This document shows, one piece after another, positions 58,794-60,523 of a stretch of DNA of 60,523 bases. Numbering within the stretch: position 1 is the stretch's first letter; the number at the start of each line of letters is the position of its first letter. Source of the DNA: a virus (Duplodnaviria; Caudoviricetes); IMG/VR virus record IMGVR_UViG_3300020171_000030, positions 1 through 60,523 of that record; one strand, written 5' to 3'. A model generated the notes under the pieces. It had not been told where the DNA came from. It did not search any database and saw only the letters and a program-made list of their open reading frames with translations. Made by a program: the position numbers and the translations under genes.

Positions 58794-59024
58794 ATGGCAT
58801 ACCCTGCTTATAAATGTCCATTTAAAAGTAGTACTACAGCTGGACTAACTTGTGAAAATGTCGCTTGCGGTGCGTTTAATGTAATAGAAAACGATTGCAA
58901 TCCAATTATGATATGGCGCAAGCAATTTCAACTATCAGGAAAAGTAGTCCCTAATACGAATACTTATTCCAGTTCGTCCAGTTCTAGTTCATCTTCTAGT
59001 TCCAGTTCATCTACTACTGCATAA
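58794..59024 (+). CDS. Small 4-Cys protein with 15-Ser C-terminal tail
   Basis: CPF...C...C.......C; Ser run 58968-59012. Confidence 0.65.
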   Translation: MAYPAYKCPFKSSTTAGLTCENVACGAFNVIENDCNPIMIWRKQFQLSGKVVPNTNTYSSSSSSSSSSSSSSSTTA

Positions 59025-59043
59025 TTTTAGAGGAGATAGGATA

Positions 59044-59331
59044 ATGCCAGATGAATCTGTGACTAGAGAAGAATGTTTAACATCAATGCAAAGAATACAT
59101 CAAAGAGTTGATGAAATTAGTAATTGTTCCATAGAAGTTAAGACCTCTGCCAAGAATATAGAAAAAAGTGTTTGTGAGATGCATAAAATTATGTATGGTA
59201 GTGAAAGTTCTGATGGGATTGTAACTAAAGTTTCAAATTTAGCGCAGAAGGTAGCGGGTCTTTTTTGGTTTGGCGGAGTGGTAATAGTGGCTCTGGTAAG
59301 TGCTTTAGTAGGGATATTTATAAAAAAATAA
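59044..59331 (+). CDS. Coiled-coil + C-terminal TM protein (holin/XhlA-like)
   Basis: H.RVD coiled coil, one C-terminal TM helix ending KK. Confidence 0.5.
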   Translation: MPDESVTREECLTSMQRIHQRVDEISNCSIEVKTSAKNIEKSVCEMHKIMYGSESSDGIVTKVSNLAQKVAGLFWFGGVVIVALVSALVGIFIKK

Positions 59332-59332
59332 T

Positions 59333-60061
59333 ATGGATTACACCCGGGAAGATTATCTAGCACGCCTCGAGACGGTTTTACAGGACGACGCGGAAAAACT
59401 GCAACCTGATGATAAATACCGTATTCTATCCCGGGCTGTATTAATTTTCTCTAAAGACAGGCCACATACAAAAATTCATGAACTGACTGGCGATGGCACG
59501 AGTTATGATTTTGCGTTACCGACTGACTGGGTAGATAACTTTTCTTATATTAAAGGAGAAATAGAATATCCGGCAGATGATTATCAAAGCCCGAATTATA
59601 TTGAATCGATAGATTGGAAGTTTTTCAAGAAATTAACAGGGACTCCTGCAGTTACGACCACTTATCTGCGTTTCCTTACTTTTATCCCTGTAAATGCTAA
59701 AACAGCAAGATTTGAGTATGCCTTACCGCATACATTAGATGAAACAACTTGTACCATTGATAATAATGATATAGAGGCAGTAGTAACATTAGCTGCCAGT
59801 CTTTGTTTCTGGGCTCTTGCGGCAAAGTTTGCACAAAGCACGGATTCTACTCTTGAGGCGGATGTTATTGACTATCAGCGGAAATCAGATTTATATACCA
59901 ATTTAGCTAAGGAACAACTGGCTATATATAATTCGCTGATGGGCTTAGGGGCAGAAGCTAAAGGCGGCGCGGCTGCTTCAGCCGGGGTCGCTATTAAGGA
60001 CCTTGATATAATATATCAATGGTCTGAAGATATGCTGACACATCCACTCAGGTATCGATAA
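59333..60061 (+). CDS. Head-tail adaptor (neck) protein
   Basis: Position after head genes; L.GDG..Y.F.LP.DW, IEYP, AVV.LAA..C. Confidence 0.6.
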   Translation: MDYTREDYLARLETVLQDDAEKLQPDDKYRILSRAVLIFSKDRPHTKIHELTGDGTSYDFALPTDWVDNFSYIKGEIEYPADDYQSPNYIESIDWKFFKKLTGTPAVTTTYLRFLTFIPVNAKTARFEYALPHTLDETTCTIDNNDIEAVVTLAASLCFWALAAKFAQSTDSTLEADVIDYQRKSDLYTNLAKEQLAIYNSLMGLGAEAKGGAAASAGVAIKDLDIIYQWSEDMLTHPLRYR

Positions 60062-60195
60062 TATACCCCAGAACAAAGATTTAAACGAGAAGGCGGAGAT
60101 AGAAACGACCCTTATATATAATATATATATAAGAAATATGTAATATCTTATATATTTATAATATATATATCCTTCCTATCTCTCCTAAAAATGTA

Positions 60196-60523
60196 ATGTC
60201 ATTAAGTCTAATCCGCGCTCAAATCAAAACTAAATTAGAAGCTATCTCTGGTGTAGAGAAAGTTTACGATTTTAAACGATTTTGCAACGCTTGGGCTACC
60301 TATAAGGATTTATTTATAAAGGATTCAAAGGTAAACACTTGGGAGATTGAAAGAAAGTCTTTCTCGCGGACTGGTAGAGGCGGTTCAGGTAATGTGGAAG
60401 ATACAACTCATGAATTCATTATTCGCGGGTTTTACTCTTTTTATGATATTCTGGCGACAGAAAAAACATTTCAAGACTTAGTGGAAACAATCTGCGCTGA
60501 TTTTATAGATGACCCTACACTTG
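60196..60523 (+). CDS. Tail completion/terminator protein, partial (runs off window)
   Basis: Read by hand: MSLSLIRAQIKTKLEAISGVEKVYDFKR...FQDLVETICADF.DDPTL; open to window end. Confidence 0.6.
   Translation, partial: MSLSLIRAQIKTKLEAISGVEKVYDFKRFCNAWATYKDLFIKDSKVNTWEIERKSFSRTGRGGSGNVEDTTHEFIIRGFYSFYDILATEKTFQDLVETICADFIDDPTL

Overview
The window is most of the genome of a tailed dsDNA phage, probably a siphovirus with a lambda/GTA-like tail tip, and it appears circularly permuted. It opens in the tape-measure gene, followed by the tail-tip module and a putative lysis cassette (1-8.3 kb, +). Next comes a long leftward early/replication arm (8.4-33.9 kb, -) with a radical SAM enzyme, AEP primase-helicase, adenine MTase, SNF2 helicase, RNase H, ParB, HNH nucleases, a tRNA-like gene and a 3D-domain enzyme. 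A divergence region rich in DnaA boxes precedes the rightward late arm (34.9-60.5 kb, +): GroES, a 9-kb glycosyltransferase/methyltransferase/kinase cluster, terminase, portal, Dam-like MTase, a protease-scaffold-capsid fusion, and head decoration and neck genes. The most striking signal is that five predicted structural or late proteins carry poly-serine tracts of about 15 to 664 residues, encoded with mixed TCN/AGY codons. The largest lies just downstream of four glycosyltransferase domains, five methyltransferase domains and a kinase-like domain. I infer a phage-encoded system that O-glycosylates, methylates and possibly phosphorylates dedicated Ser scaffolds on the virion. All family assignments were made by eye from motifs; no database searches were run.
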